From: Octopus sinensis
Lineage: Eukaryota
Length of the DNA stretch: 64,000 nt
Direction: 5' to 3'
NCBI RefSeq assembly: GCF_006345805.1
Contig: NC_043008.1
Location: forward strand, 43,772,001 to 43,836,000
The translations under genes were made by a program, and so were the position numbers. The notes below the pieces were generated by a model. It saw only the letters and a program-made list of their open reading frames with translations. It was not told the origin of the DNA and made no database searches. Positions 53,044 through 64,000 of the stretch are shown here, in pieces; position 1 is the stretch's first letter, and each line of letters starts with the position of its first letter.

Positions 53044-54217
53044 TATATATATTACATGTATGTATGTGTGTGTGTGTTTTTGTATGCTTGTGCGTGTCCG
53101 TGTGAGTGTGTTTTTTGTTGAAAAATTGTTGTTTATTTCCACCAGGATTTCGTTAAATTAGATACTAATTTGATTATGCATTTATTTTCGTCCTTTTAAT
53201 CTTTGTATTAAATGTGAATAAAAATAATATCATTCCTTCGCCCCGAAACGTTTCACGCCGCATTCTTATTGACTATTATACATGTTTTCAGTTCTCTAGG
53301 CTTAATTAAATGTAATTATGTATATGTTGTTGTGTTTGCATCTATAAATCATTTTCAATGCTGCATATGTGTCTTCCTTTGAACCCTTTGATTGTTTATT
53401 TGAACAGTTAAATATATTCCCCAATGTATATTTGTGTGTGTGAATGCACCGTTTTCGGTATCTCTTTGCTTTATCCATTTAGCTATCATCAAGGTTTTTC
53501 GAGCTAATTCTTGGAGCTTATTTATTCAAGAGTGACTTTAAACTGATTAGCCATGAAATACACCGATATAATTTGAGTTCAACTGGGACTTTAAACCTTC
53601 AGTTTGGATATGGATGTGATTATGTTTTATTTGTAGGTCCTTGTTAGTTCAATATTAAAGAAATGAGGTCACCCTAACACTATTACTTACAATATGGAAA
53701 CTGATATCTATTTGACTAGAAAATAATGAATGAAACTAAAAATGAAATGGAAAATTGTTTCCGATCCTAATTTCATGTTATTCGTATTTCTATGTTATTA
53801 AGGTTTTTATGGCGGTAATTACGTTCATGGGAGCGCGATGTGATTAGTTCCATAATATTTTGTTTGATGTTTCAAGATTAATAATTTTCCTGGTTATAAA
53901 TAAAGCTAACATATACAAACGCATTAAATTGCATATAACTTGTCATCTTATCTAAGAGTGGCCATTTAATGTTATGGTAGACTATTATTATTTTTTAAAA
54001 ACCGCGTACGTGTTGCTAATTTTGGATGCTATTTTCTATATGATATTTACTATTGTTAAAATTCACGATAAAGAATTTGATTGGTTATAACAGTAAATAA
54101 TAGCTAAAAAAAATCAATGTTGAGCAATGATTAATATAATTTCCTGTTTTATTCGAATGCAGAAGAGAACTCAGAACGCACTTTGAGATATTCAGCATCG
54201 CTCAAATAGGCTTATAA

Positions 54218-54268
<51 letters not shown>

Positions 54269-54411
54269 TATCATTTAATGCACATTGTATCAAACTAAAA
54301 GCTTTTTGCCATAGAGGCACGTGGTTAGGAATATTTTAATAATGTACCTTGTGTCTCAAAGCAATCTGGGTACATCATTTGTTGTATTTTAAAAACAGGA
54401 CAGTAGTACTT

Positions 54412-54790
54412 GAAAATTCCGCCGAGGTCGACTTTGCCTTTCATCCTTACGGGATCGTTAAATTAAGTGCTAGTTGCTTACTGGGTTCAATCTAATCGAC
54501 TTGCTCCCTCCCCAAAAGTCTTGGGCTTTGTGCCTAGAGTAAAAAAGTAGAAAAGCATACATATATATGACTTCAACTATAAGTACATGTCTTGAAAATT
54601 TGGGAGAAGACCCCACCATTACAGTGACTCCTAGATCGACCCGTCCTTTTTTCATCGCACCCGAAGGGATGAAACGTAAAGTTGAACTCGGCGCATGTTA
54701 CCACAAGTTTGAACGCAAAACGTATACCCAGAAGAGAAGCCGCCAAGTATTTTGCAAGGGTGGCGAATGATTATGCAAGCTCACCGCCTT
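54412..54790. mobile_element. Convergent SINE family A pair (+ 54412-54548; - ~54590-54790)
   Basis: Core/tail and head homology. Confidence 0.7.
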
Positions 54791-55504
54791 CGTATATGCA
54801 TATATATTTAATACACACGTATACACACATGCACGCACACACACACACACACACAAATATATATATATTTAGATGTGTAGGTTGTTACAAGTGATACACA
54901 GAATTTTTATATTGAGAAAAAGGAGGAAGTCATAATTTTGGATAATTCTCTATTCAGCGTTTTCATCCATTCTCAGGGATGTTTCAGACAGCCTCCGTTT
55001 TAATAATATATATATATGCAATACACACACACACACAGAAACAAACACACACCACACACACACACACATACATACACCACACACACACACACTCACACAC
55101 ATATAGAGCTAGGTATTCTTCTCAGATGTTCTCCGCATATGAATTACTTTCATATTGCCTTTTCATTCCTCTTAATTAGAGAGGATTTGTAACTTTGCAA
55201 AAACACGCATATATATATATATACACATATATATATATATCAATGGGTGTGTATGCACTTACAGATTTTAAGTATGGCATCTGAGAACATCACATATTTG
55301 ATGTCAACATTTCCTACTTCATTATATTCCGTATTCTTCAACATTTTCTGTTATTGATTAATAACTTCCACATCTTGCATCCATGCATTTAGTTGTCTTT
55401 TTCTGTTCTCCTTGCCAAATATGCTTTATTGTTCTTTGCTGAAGTATTTCCACTCTAAAGGACTTTCTTTCTCTCCCTCCTTACCCTCGTAGTAATAATC
55501 GTCA

Positions 55505-55668
55505 TTGTCCTCCTCCTCCTCCTCCACCTCCTCCTCCTCCTCCTCCTCCTCCCCCTCCTCATATGTCTTTCCTTCTAATTTCCTCATCGCCTTCGCCATC
55601 ACCATGTTCTTTCTCTCCACCTCTCTTTATTCCCGTTAGTGTTATTGTTTTATGGTTGTTGGTGTTGA

Positions 55669-55704
<36 letters not shown>

Positions 55705-56311
55705 CATTATTATTATTATCATCATTGTTATTATTGTTGTTGTTGTCGTTAAAATATCTAATATAATTTTCGATAAAACTATCTTTCTAGTGGACAAATC
55801 TCAACAAGAACATGGCGTGTAATTCTAAAAGTCACTTTACATGTGTCTTCATATGTGTGTGTATGTGTGTGAGTGTGTGTGTGTGTTTGCGTGAGTGTGC
55901 TTATGCATGAACGCATATATGCAACTATCTGTCCATGTCATCTTTCTGTTTCACTCTGTATTTATATATATATATGTGTGTGTGTGTGCGTGTGTGCATC
56001 TGTTTGTGCACACATGTACACACACATATACGAACATTAGTGTGAATGTACGTTTGAATATTCATATATATATGTGTGTAAGCGTGTATGTGTATGTATC
56101 TATATCTATCTATCTATCTATCTATCTGGATAGATAGATAGGTAGACAGATAAATACATACATACATAATACATACATATACATATATACATATATACAT
56201 ATATACGTATGTATATCTGTTCATGTATATATGTATATACGAACATTAGTGTGAATGTATGTTTGAATATTCATATGCATATCTATATATACATATGTGG
56301 GTGTGTGTGTG

Positions 56312-56366
<55 letters not shown>

Positions 56367-56396
56367 ATATATATATGTACGTATGTATATCTATTC

Positions 56397-56436
<40 letters not shown>

Positions 56437-56520
56437 ATGTGCGTGTGTGTGTGTTCATTCATAAATATCTATATGTTCACAGAAACACACACACGTATAT
56501 ATCAACGCACACATGTATAT
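55505..56520. repeat. (TCC)n, (TTA)n, (TG)n, (TCTA)n field with a local ~75-bp duplication
   Basis: Direct; TATACGAACATTAGTGTGAATGTA at ~56027 and ~56236. Confidence 0.9.
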
Positions 56521-57004
56521 ACCTGTAAATACATCAATGTAAAATCGTACTCATAAAAGTGTTCGAAATATCATTTCATCTAATTTACTCCTATGTTCCA
56601 CATGTAGAATGTCTTGGAATATTAATAACCATTTCTATCTTGTGACAAAACGGATCGGCATAGAATGGATACGGCTAGAATTGACAAAGGCGTTTTTAAC
56701 TTTGATGTCTATAGTTTAAAGCCAGAATATCAAAGATGCTGCCAAACAGCAGGATTACCATTCTTCAACTGTTCAACTATTCCCAGCAAGCAACGTCGAA
56801 GTTTGCTTCAAAGTGGAAATCATTTCTGAGCCTCCCGAATTTTTCTGTGTGAAGAATATTCGTGAAATCTGAAGCCAAATAATTTTGAATAAGTGTCTGG
56901 AAAATATGTTGGTATTCATTTGAATATTTGGTTTAAAATCAGTTGAAAGGAAATTTTTTCTAATTATTATTTATCAGAAAATTTCAATCTTTTAAACGAT
57001 GTTT

Positions 57005-57267
57005 TTTATCTTTTATACATTCCAGTCAATGGATTGCTGCCATCATGGGACGCCTCATGGAAAAGTCTTTTGTCGAAAATGTCGACACCAGTGGTTATTT
57101 TTTGAGGAGCATGCTACTTCCTCTAGCGTTTGGTTTTATTTCGAACCGCTTGGCTATGAGGACGTAAACAAACCCACAACAATTGTTATGCGGAGGGAGG
57201 AGACAGCCACAAACACAAAGATGCACGCACACACCCTGCCCTAACCGTTGGGCCATTGCGCCACCAC
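57005..57267 (-). mobile_element. SINE family C 3' half plus family B head fragment (57239-57267)
   Basis: Homology to 61355-61530; CCTAACC..TGGGCCATTGCGCC head. Confidence 0.6.
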
Positions 57268-57394
57268 TGATACAATATACCGTACAGTCATTTGGGTAGG
57301 ACACATGGAAGTTTCCTTCATATGGGTGGCTCATGGCTTTACATGGACTCGTGCTTGTAAGCGGTTGATGTTGAAATATATATCAACATTCATG

Positions 57395-57496
57395 ATCCAG
57401 TGTGGTTACACTTCCAAATGCCCTTAGAACACCTAATGCAGGGTTCTAATTAGCTACAACGGCGAGACATACATCAGATCATTTAACGAGAAATAG
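57395..57496 (+). mobile_element. Possible degenerate GIY-YIG fragment
   Basis: SVV/YTSKCP*..C....SYNGET with a frameshift and stops. Confidence 0.3.
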
Positions 57497-58020
57497 AGGT
57501 TATGAGAGGTAATGGTGTCAATGAGTGCCAAAGGTGTCAGGTAATGCTGAGTAAGTGCTATGGACAGACTATATTTAAGCTAAGGTTCGGTGGTTATGCG
57601 AACGAGGAGTCCAACGTAGGTTATATATCAGCAGGTGTATATACAAAAAAAAATTAACAGAATGAGATAAAAATCCACGGCTGTGAAAGATTTCAGAACC
57701 CTCGACTCAATAACACCGTTTACAAACTCTATGCTTGGAATGACCGATTTTAAATACTGTTGGAACTTACAAGGTGTTGGAGTCTTATATGTATACAATT
57801 CTGCCTAAATAATAGAACTACAGAAGCAATATCACGTATGTTTTCATTCCTCCACTTCACTCTCTGTTTTATATCTTATCTAAAATAACTATTGCTTAAC
57901 CATCTTCTCACACCGTCTCCGATGAAGGGATATATAAAATATCCCGGAAACAGCTGTAAGACCTTCTATTTATAAATGTTCTGAAGTCTTTCACAGCCTT
58001 GGAGTTTTATATCATTCTAT
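57497..58020. mobile_element. Small PLE-type element with divergent arms (minus 57497-57700; plus 57701-58020 with hammerhead)
   Basis: 57659-57699 is the inverted copy of 57978-58018; 57497-57660 matches the reverse complement of 40635-40797; 57875-58018 matches the reverse complement of 40490-40633. Confidence 0.75.
57915..57962 (+). ncRNA. Minimal hammerhead motif (position-4 variant)
   Basis: GTCT CCGATGA A GGGATAT ataaa ATATCCC G GAAA C agct G TA AGAC. Confidence 0.65.
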
Positions 58021-58067
58021 TCGCATTTAATTAATTTTCCTCTGTATATGCATGTTGGGGTGTTGAC

Positions 58068-58101
58068 ATATATATACCTGCATGTGCAAGTATATATATA
58101 T

Positions 58102-58155
<54 letters not shown>

Positions 58156-58160
58156 TATAT

Positions 58161-58205
<45 letters not shown>

Positions 58206-58479
58206 TAATATATATATATAAGGATATATACATACATGCATACATACATATGTATATATATGCATGCATGTAAGTATGTATCTTTCTCTGTCTGTCTTTC
58301 TCTCTCTCTCTGTATACACACACATATATATATACATATATACATATGGTTTATAGCGCATTTTGGCGTCTTGTAGTATGTTGGAGCTTGTTATTTCCTG
58401 ATCCCTTTAATATAATTATATTATATTACATATATATATATATTATATATATATATACATATATATACATATATATACA

Positions 58480-58552
<73 letters not shown>

Positions 58553-58765
58553 AAGATATATATATATATATAAGATATATATATATATATATATACATTT
58601 TCGAGTTCTACCTTCCTGTTTGTATCACCAACTTCTCTCTCCATCTTTTTCTCTTTGTATGTATGTATACATGTATGTATGTATGTATGTATGTATGTAT
58701 GTATGTATGTATGTATGTATGTATGTATGTATGTATGTATGTATGTGTGTAGGTAGGTAGGTATA
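58068..58765. repeat. (TA)n/(TATG)n field
   Basis: Direct. Confidence 0.95.
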
Positions 58766-59189
58766 AGAAAGATGCAGCATATAGTGTGGAAAGTTAGTCT
58801 ATTATACAACAATCAGTTGTATTGCAGAGAAATTTTACAATTTTAAATTTTGTTTTTATAGTTTCAGTTTTCGAACAAATCTAGGTGCAAGAATCGCTGG
58901 CTGATATTTAAATGCAAATCTGTTTTCAAGCATAAGCCACTTTTCAAGTATATAACATATTTATAAGAATTTTAATGACCTGTGTTACGTTTTTGCTAGT
59001 TTATAGTAGCTGATGTGGTAGGAAAAAGACACTGGAAAGCGCTACACATGTAACGATAAATATCACAGCTGTTTTCTCTTTACTTTAAGTCAGTGCACAT
59101 TAAGCGAAATAAAATATTTAAATTCTTCTGAAACAGTGAATTACAACGATTAATTGGAAGCGTTAGGAGATTTATTGTCGTGTAAATGA

Positions 59190-59699
59190 CCTTGCGAAGT
59201 AGTGTGGGAGTTGGACAAGGAGAAATTATACTTAATCTATTCAAGAAAATCAGGAAAAAGAAATGAATTCGACTATGTTAGAGAGTCGAAGACAATTTTG
59301 AGTCAGATGGGCTATGATTTTTTTCGTATGGATTTCAGAATAAATTTGTGGTTTGCCGAGCACCCTTCGAAAAGAATTCAACATTACGTAACGTATTCAA
59401 GAAAACCAGGAAAGAGAAGTGAATTTGAATATGTCAAAGAGTCGAAGCTGATATTAGGACGATACTTTCTCGTCATGTGTTTCAGAATATATTTATATTT
59501 GCAAAGCTTCCGCCGCAAAAGGATACAAGCTTTGGAAGTTAACTATCAGAAAATAGAAAAAATATTTCATTCGACGTATAGATTTCACTCGAAAATGTTT
59601 AATTTTCTTATACTTTCAATGATCAAAATCGAACAGAAATTCAGGTTGAGCGAAAATGTGGACAAAATTATACTTGCATACTCTGACTGCAAGAAATAG
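59190..59699 (+). CDS. Unidentified reading frame (~165 aa) with a ~50-aa internal duplication; exon or pseudogene
   Basis: Two repeats YSRK.GKR.EF.YV.ESK.IL...FRI.L......KRIQ with many synonymous differences; no upstream ATG (track start is GTG). Confidence 0.45.
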   Translation, partial: PCEVVWELDKEKLYLIYSRKSGKRNEFDYVRESKTILSQMGYDFFRMDFRINLWFAEHPSKRIQHYVTYSRKPGKRSEFEYVKESKLILGRYFLVMCFRIYLYLQSFRRKRIQALEVNYQKIEKIFHSTYRFHSKMFNFLILSMIKIEQKFRLSENVDKIILAYSDCKK

Positions 59700-59768
59700 C
59701 AACCAAATATCTTCGAAACCACACCCTAATATATTATATATGTTTATATATATATATATATATACAAC

Positions 59769-59900
59769 GTGGAGGCGCGTGGTTTAGTGGTTAGGGTGTC
59801 AACATCATGCTCGTAAAGATTGTGGTTTCGGTACCTGGACCGGGCGACGCGTTGCATTCTTGAGCAAAACACTTCATTTCACTTTGCTCCAGTCCACTCA
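59769..59900 (+). mobile_element. tRNA-derived SINE 5' part
   Basis: GGAGGCGCGTGGTTTAGTGGTTAGGG...GGTTTCG head, then TTCTTGAGCAAAACACTT (resembles CORE/V-type SINE central domains). Confidence 0.75.
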
Positions 59901-60178
59901 GCGGGGAGACGAATATGTTGCCATTTGACTTGCAGGAATTTGCTGCAAAATTATTGGCTATTATTTCTAGTGGGTCAAAAATCCGCGCAGAAATTTTATC
60001 GTTGGCTCAACCAGTAGAGCCTGCTTTGAAGAAACTTGGTGGATATTTCCATCAAGTATAGCTTCGTTGTCTGTGCATACATACAAACATACATACACAA
60101 GACATTATGGTGTGATTTAAAGTTAATTCTGCAGCAAATTCCTGCAAGTCAACTGACAACATATACTTCTCCCCGCTG
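59899..60178. mobile_element. MITE-like element with 55-bp terminal inverted repeats
   Basis: 59899-59953 vs reverse complement of 60124-60178: about 5 mismatches; no TSD seen. Confidence 0.75.
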
Positions 60179-60181
60179 TTA

Positions 60182-60402
60182 GTCGGGGACAAACACACAC
60201 ACACACCACATATATATATATATATATATAGATATATTCGACGAGCTTCTTTCAGTTTCCGTCAACCAAATCCACTCACAAGGCTTTGGTCGATCCGAGG
60301 CTATAATAGAAGACACTTGTCGAAGGTGTCACGCAGTGCGACCGAACCCGGAACCATGTGGTTGGTAAGCAAACTACTTACCACACAGCCACTTCTGCGC
60401 CC
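60182..60402 (-). mobile_element. tRNA-derived SINE family C, 5' half with internal microsatellite
   Basis: GGCGCAGAAGTGGCTGTGTGGTAAG...CCGGGTTCGGTC head; homologous to 18902-19010. Confidence 0.85.
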
Positions 60403-61354
60403 ATTGAGACTATTTACCATAAATTATTTAATAATCAAAAGGTTACACTTTATTCTGAATATAGTTAATTAACCAACGATTCAAATATTTAATTGATATG
60501 ATTTTATCGATCTCGGAATAATTTTTAGAGACAGTTCACAATAACTCCATTCTCATCATCAAAACTGCGAATCGTTCAAAATATTTAAAGCCATATTTAT
60601 ATATAAAGAAATGACCAACACCAAAAATCTTTTAAGTTGCGTCCAGTTAATTCTTTTTTCAAAATGGTTTGCAGCAGTAATTGCTCACCATGTGGTCTGC
60701 TAAACGACCTTGAAATTAAAACGAGCGGCTGTTACATCATTGAATTAGGGACAGGAGAACTGATGATGGCATATACAATTCAGGTTAGCATTAAGCGAAT
60801 AACCCCCCTGGGAACTCAGTTTAGGTAATGAAATTTACGCTTTAGTTTACTCACGATGATTTTGAGAGACAGAAAAAAAAATCCTCTTTATCAAAGAGAT
60901 TCTTAATATATATTGTTACTTTTACTTACAGAAACATCTGGTAAAATTAGCGTCTGTTTACGTCGTGTTCATGACTTTCTGTGTGAAATACTATTGATTA
61001 GCTTCGTTTAAGATAGAATTTAAGTGTTTATATAATTTGACTTGCAAAAAAAAACCCAAAACAAAACAAAAAAATTAAAAAAATAAAACTGTGTGCCCGG
61101 AAGTGATCAACCATTGCTCGAGACTACGTCTTGTATATGTTTTCACTTTTGTTTTAGATTAATGTTACAACAGACATTTCTGATGTTTATTTCAATTACC
61201 GTCTCTTACGTAAGAAACAAAGAAAAGAAATGCCAAAAATAGCACCGAAACATGTTTCTCTTTGGAACGAAATAAACTGCAGCGACATCTATGTCTACTG
61301 TTTTGCATATGGTACTGTTTATCCTTTAGAAATTGAAGAACAACACTGAAGTTT

Positions 61355-61530
61355 GAAACTTGTTTCAGTCAGTTGAGTGCCGCCATGCTGGAGCTCGGCC
61401 TCAAAAGGTTTTAGTCGAAAGAATGGTATTTATTGGGCTATTTTGCTGAGCTGCTAAGTTACGGGGACGTAAACACACCAACACCGATTGTCAAGTGCTG
61501 GTGGGAGCACAGACACAAACACAAAAACAT
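61355..61530 (-). mobile_element. SINE family C 3' half
   Basis: GTGTGTTTACGTCCCCGTAACTTAGC...CTCCAGCATGGCGGC...ACTGAAACAAG. Confidence 0.7.
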
Positions 61531-62247
61531 ACAATATATAAAAAAATATAATAGTTAATTTCATATCGCCTACGTACGTTTTAATTTCTTACCTTCATTC
61601 ATTTTGTGCAGTTAAGATTACATTATGTATTTAAAAGGTAAAATTCTCTTCATAGCAAAAATGTGGGTAGAAAGGAATGGTATTATCTTCAAATTTGATC
61701 AGTTCCCCAGTTTTTCTTTCCTTGTTATTTGTTTTTGGCTTATTTATGCCTTCTATTTGTTTCTTGGTTTTCATTCATATATCATTCTCATCTATTTTAT
61801 ATCGAATTCCATCTTTAATAATTTTATACTTATGTTTATTTTCATCTATTTCAATTTCATTATTGTGAATATCGTTTTGTGTATATTTCTTCTTATTAAA
61901 ATTTACATTTGATTCATAGTATTTTAACTTTTGTTTGTATCTTGCTACATGTGTACAGTGTTATTTAATTTTGTTGTATATATCCTGCTTTATTTAGTGC
62001 TATTTTCTGGTTTTAAATTTCCTCATTCCTCGAGAGATTCGAAATCCTCTTTGATATATTTTCAACTAGTCTATGTGTAGTGCTTCTTAGGTGGTTACTA
62101 TTTATGTTAATGTATTTTAAGTTGGCATTCAGCTTATAGCAGATTTATATATCCCCGTTTCTAGATTGATGTTAACGTCCAAGAAGTTTACGGAGTTGTG
62201 TTCATTTCCGATAGTTATGGATAGTCCTATGTTCTTGAAGAATTTAT

Positions 62248-62566
62248 AAACTTGGTTGGGAAATACTGCCTCATCCTCCATATTCTCCTGACCTTGATCC
62301 TTCTGATTACAATTTGTTCCGAGGACTACAGAACCGTTTTGATGGACTTAGATTAACAACAAGAGAAGAGATTGAAAATGAGTTGGATTCATATTTCGGT
62401 TCTAAACCTACAGAATTTTACAATCGAGGCATTTATAAGGTTGTTCAAAGATGGAGTGAGGTCAGTGAAAACAATGGAGAGTATATTAAGGAATAAATAT
62501 TTCCATTGGCTTATTCATTTTTACCTTAGATCTTTAAATCGGACAATAATTTTGCACCAACCTGAT
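62248..62566 (+). mobile_element. Mariner transposon 3' fragment (transposase C-terminus + right TIR)
   Basis: LGWEILPHPPYSPDLDPSDYNLF...FY..GI.K...RW.......GEY* (stop 62496), then TIR-like ...TTTTGCACCAACCTGAT. Confidence 0.9.
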
Positions 62567-62584
62567 TTATGCGCACCCACACGC

Positions 62585-62593
62585 ATCTGTCTG

Positions 62594-62648
<55 letters not shown>

Positions 62649-62649
62649 G

Positions 62650-62716
<67 letters not shown>

Positions 62717-62835
62717 GTCTATCTGTCTGTCTATCTGTCTGTCTGTCTGTCTGTCTGTCTGACTGTCTGTCTGATTGTCTGTCTACTATCTATATACGTG
62801 CATTCATTTATGTATATATGTATGTATGTGTGTCT
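62585..62835. repeat. (TCTA)n/(TCTG)n
   Basis: Direct. Confidence 0.95.
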
Positions 62836-64000
62836 ATATTGGCAAGCGGATGCCAATAAATCGGTGAATCGAAACCAAACGCTGTTTTTTCTATTTTATT
62901 TCGGGCGAATTATGTCTCTTTACACTGAAGGAGAAGTAATCCATTAAATAAAGATCAATAAAGTTAAGTAGCAAGTTGGAAGGATTAGTGGACGATATAA
63001 TCAACTAATCTTCACTCGCTGAAAGCACTGCTCCAGCATGGCTCTAATGTAGAGACTGAAACCTGTAAAACTGGTCCTGGTGGCGGATCTCCGTCGTTTA
63101 GCAATGAGGATTTAGTACAGCTGAATTACATACCCTTGAATTAACGTGAAAATTGTTGAATATTCCACAGGCATGTATATACCTTTAATGTAATTCTTAA
63201 GCAAAAGCAAAGTGATACAGTATGTGTGTGCATGCGTGTGACAAGGATCCAAGTGTTGAATTACAGGCGCAAAATACCTGACGGGCTTCTATACAGTTTC
63301 CCTTTGCAAATTTCCCTCCTACGATATATGTCAGCTTATGGCTGTAGAAAATATAAAATGCCGAATTTGCTAAGAAGCGGAATCGAAACTGAACTATTTG
63401 GCTATACTGCACGTAAACAAGGGTAACAACATTGGAATGAAAGGAAGTGAGGCCCTTCTGCAGGTCAAGATTTGTTCAGTCCTCGCTGCCCAACTCAGGC
63501 TATGGGGCAAAATGCTTGTGACTCTGAGATACCGGCTGATGATGCCGAAAGGTTTATAGCATTGTGATAGATTTAGAAGAAATGATTGCAAAACTTCAGA
63601 GCAATTCCTGCAGTTTCCCTACGGGGCAAAGCATGTCTGATGTTTATTTGCCTCTTCAGTCTCCCCTTTGAACTCGGACCTTTGATTTGCCACATATTCA
63701 CAAGTGAGTAACGAATGAAGATCATCTTACCTAACATAAATGTATAAAAAATAAAATGAACAAAGGAAAATAACTCAAAGTCATGAAACTGGATAATAGA
63801 TTTACGGTAAGAGGCTGAACGCAAACATGTGTCAATTAAAACTCCTCAATTTGAAGAGAGAGAGAGAGAGAGAGAGAGAACAAAAAAGTAAACAAGAAAA
63901 ATGAATAAGGACTGTAACTGTTATTGGTAGATCGGGAAATAAAAAAAAGTACTTTCTAGTTCCTCATACTACATCTCTGAAGTTTCAGCTCACAACGTTC

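Noticed and set aside
54940-54995. Hammerhead-like motif on the minus strand (CTGAAAC ATCC...GGAT GAAA)
   Set aside because: Core and cleavage site too degenerate; stem I not supported.
63533-63560. CTGATGA...GAAA hammerhead-like words
   Set aside because: No room for stem II and no stem I pairing.

Overview
AT-rich, microsatellite-dense eukaryotic DNA with no recognisable host gene. The repeat families and simple-repeat load suggest a coleoid cephalopod, probably Octopus (inference from memory, not a search). The centrepiece is a ~8.9-kb head-to-head inverted pair of a young Penelope-like retroelement (PLE; RT plus C-terminal GIY-YIG; 31521-40470). Its two arms complement each other's frameshifts, both 3' ends run into (TA)n, its 3' UTR carries ~1.4 kb of microsatellite, and it ends in a variant (U3-A8) minimal hammerhead ribozyme. 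An in-phase U_UUU_UUA slippery site links an upstream reading frame to the RT ORF. The rest of the window holds six further minimal hammerhead motifs in small elements (two with the same divergent-arm architecture), several R4/Dong-like RLE retrotransposon fragments at (TAA)n tracts, and more than 25 tRNA-derived SINE copies of at least 3 families (one with a recurring 184-nt tail-to-head read-through). It also has RTE fragments, two non-autonomous Helitrons, a mariner fragment, two MITEs and an unidentified ORF whose internal duplication shows a codon-conservation pattern. Most ORFs in the supplied track are microsatellite translations. All alignments and folds were done by eye, and boundaries of old repeats are approximate.
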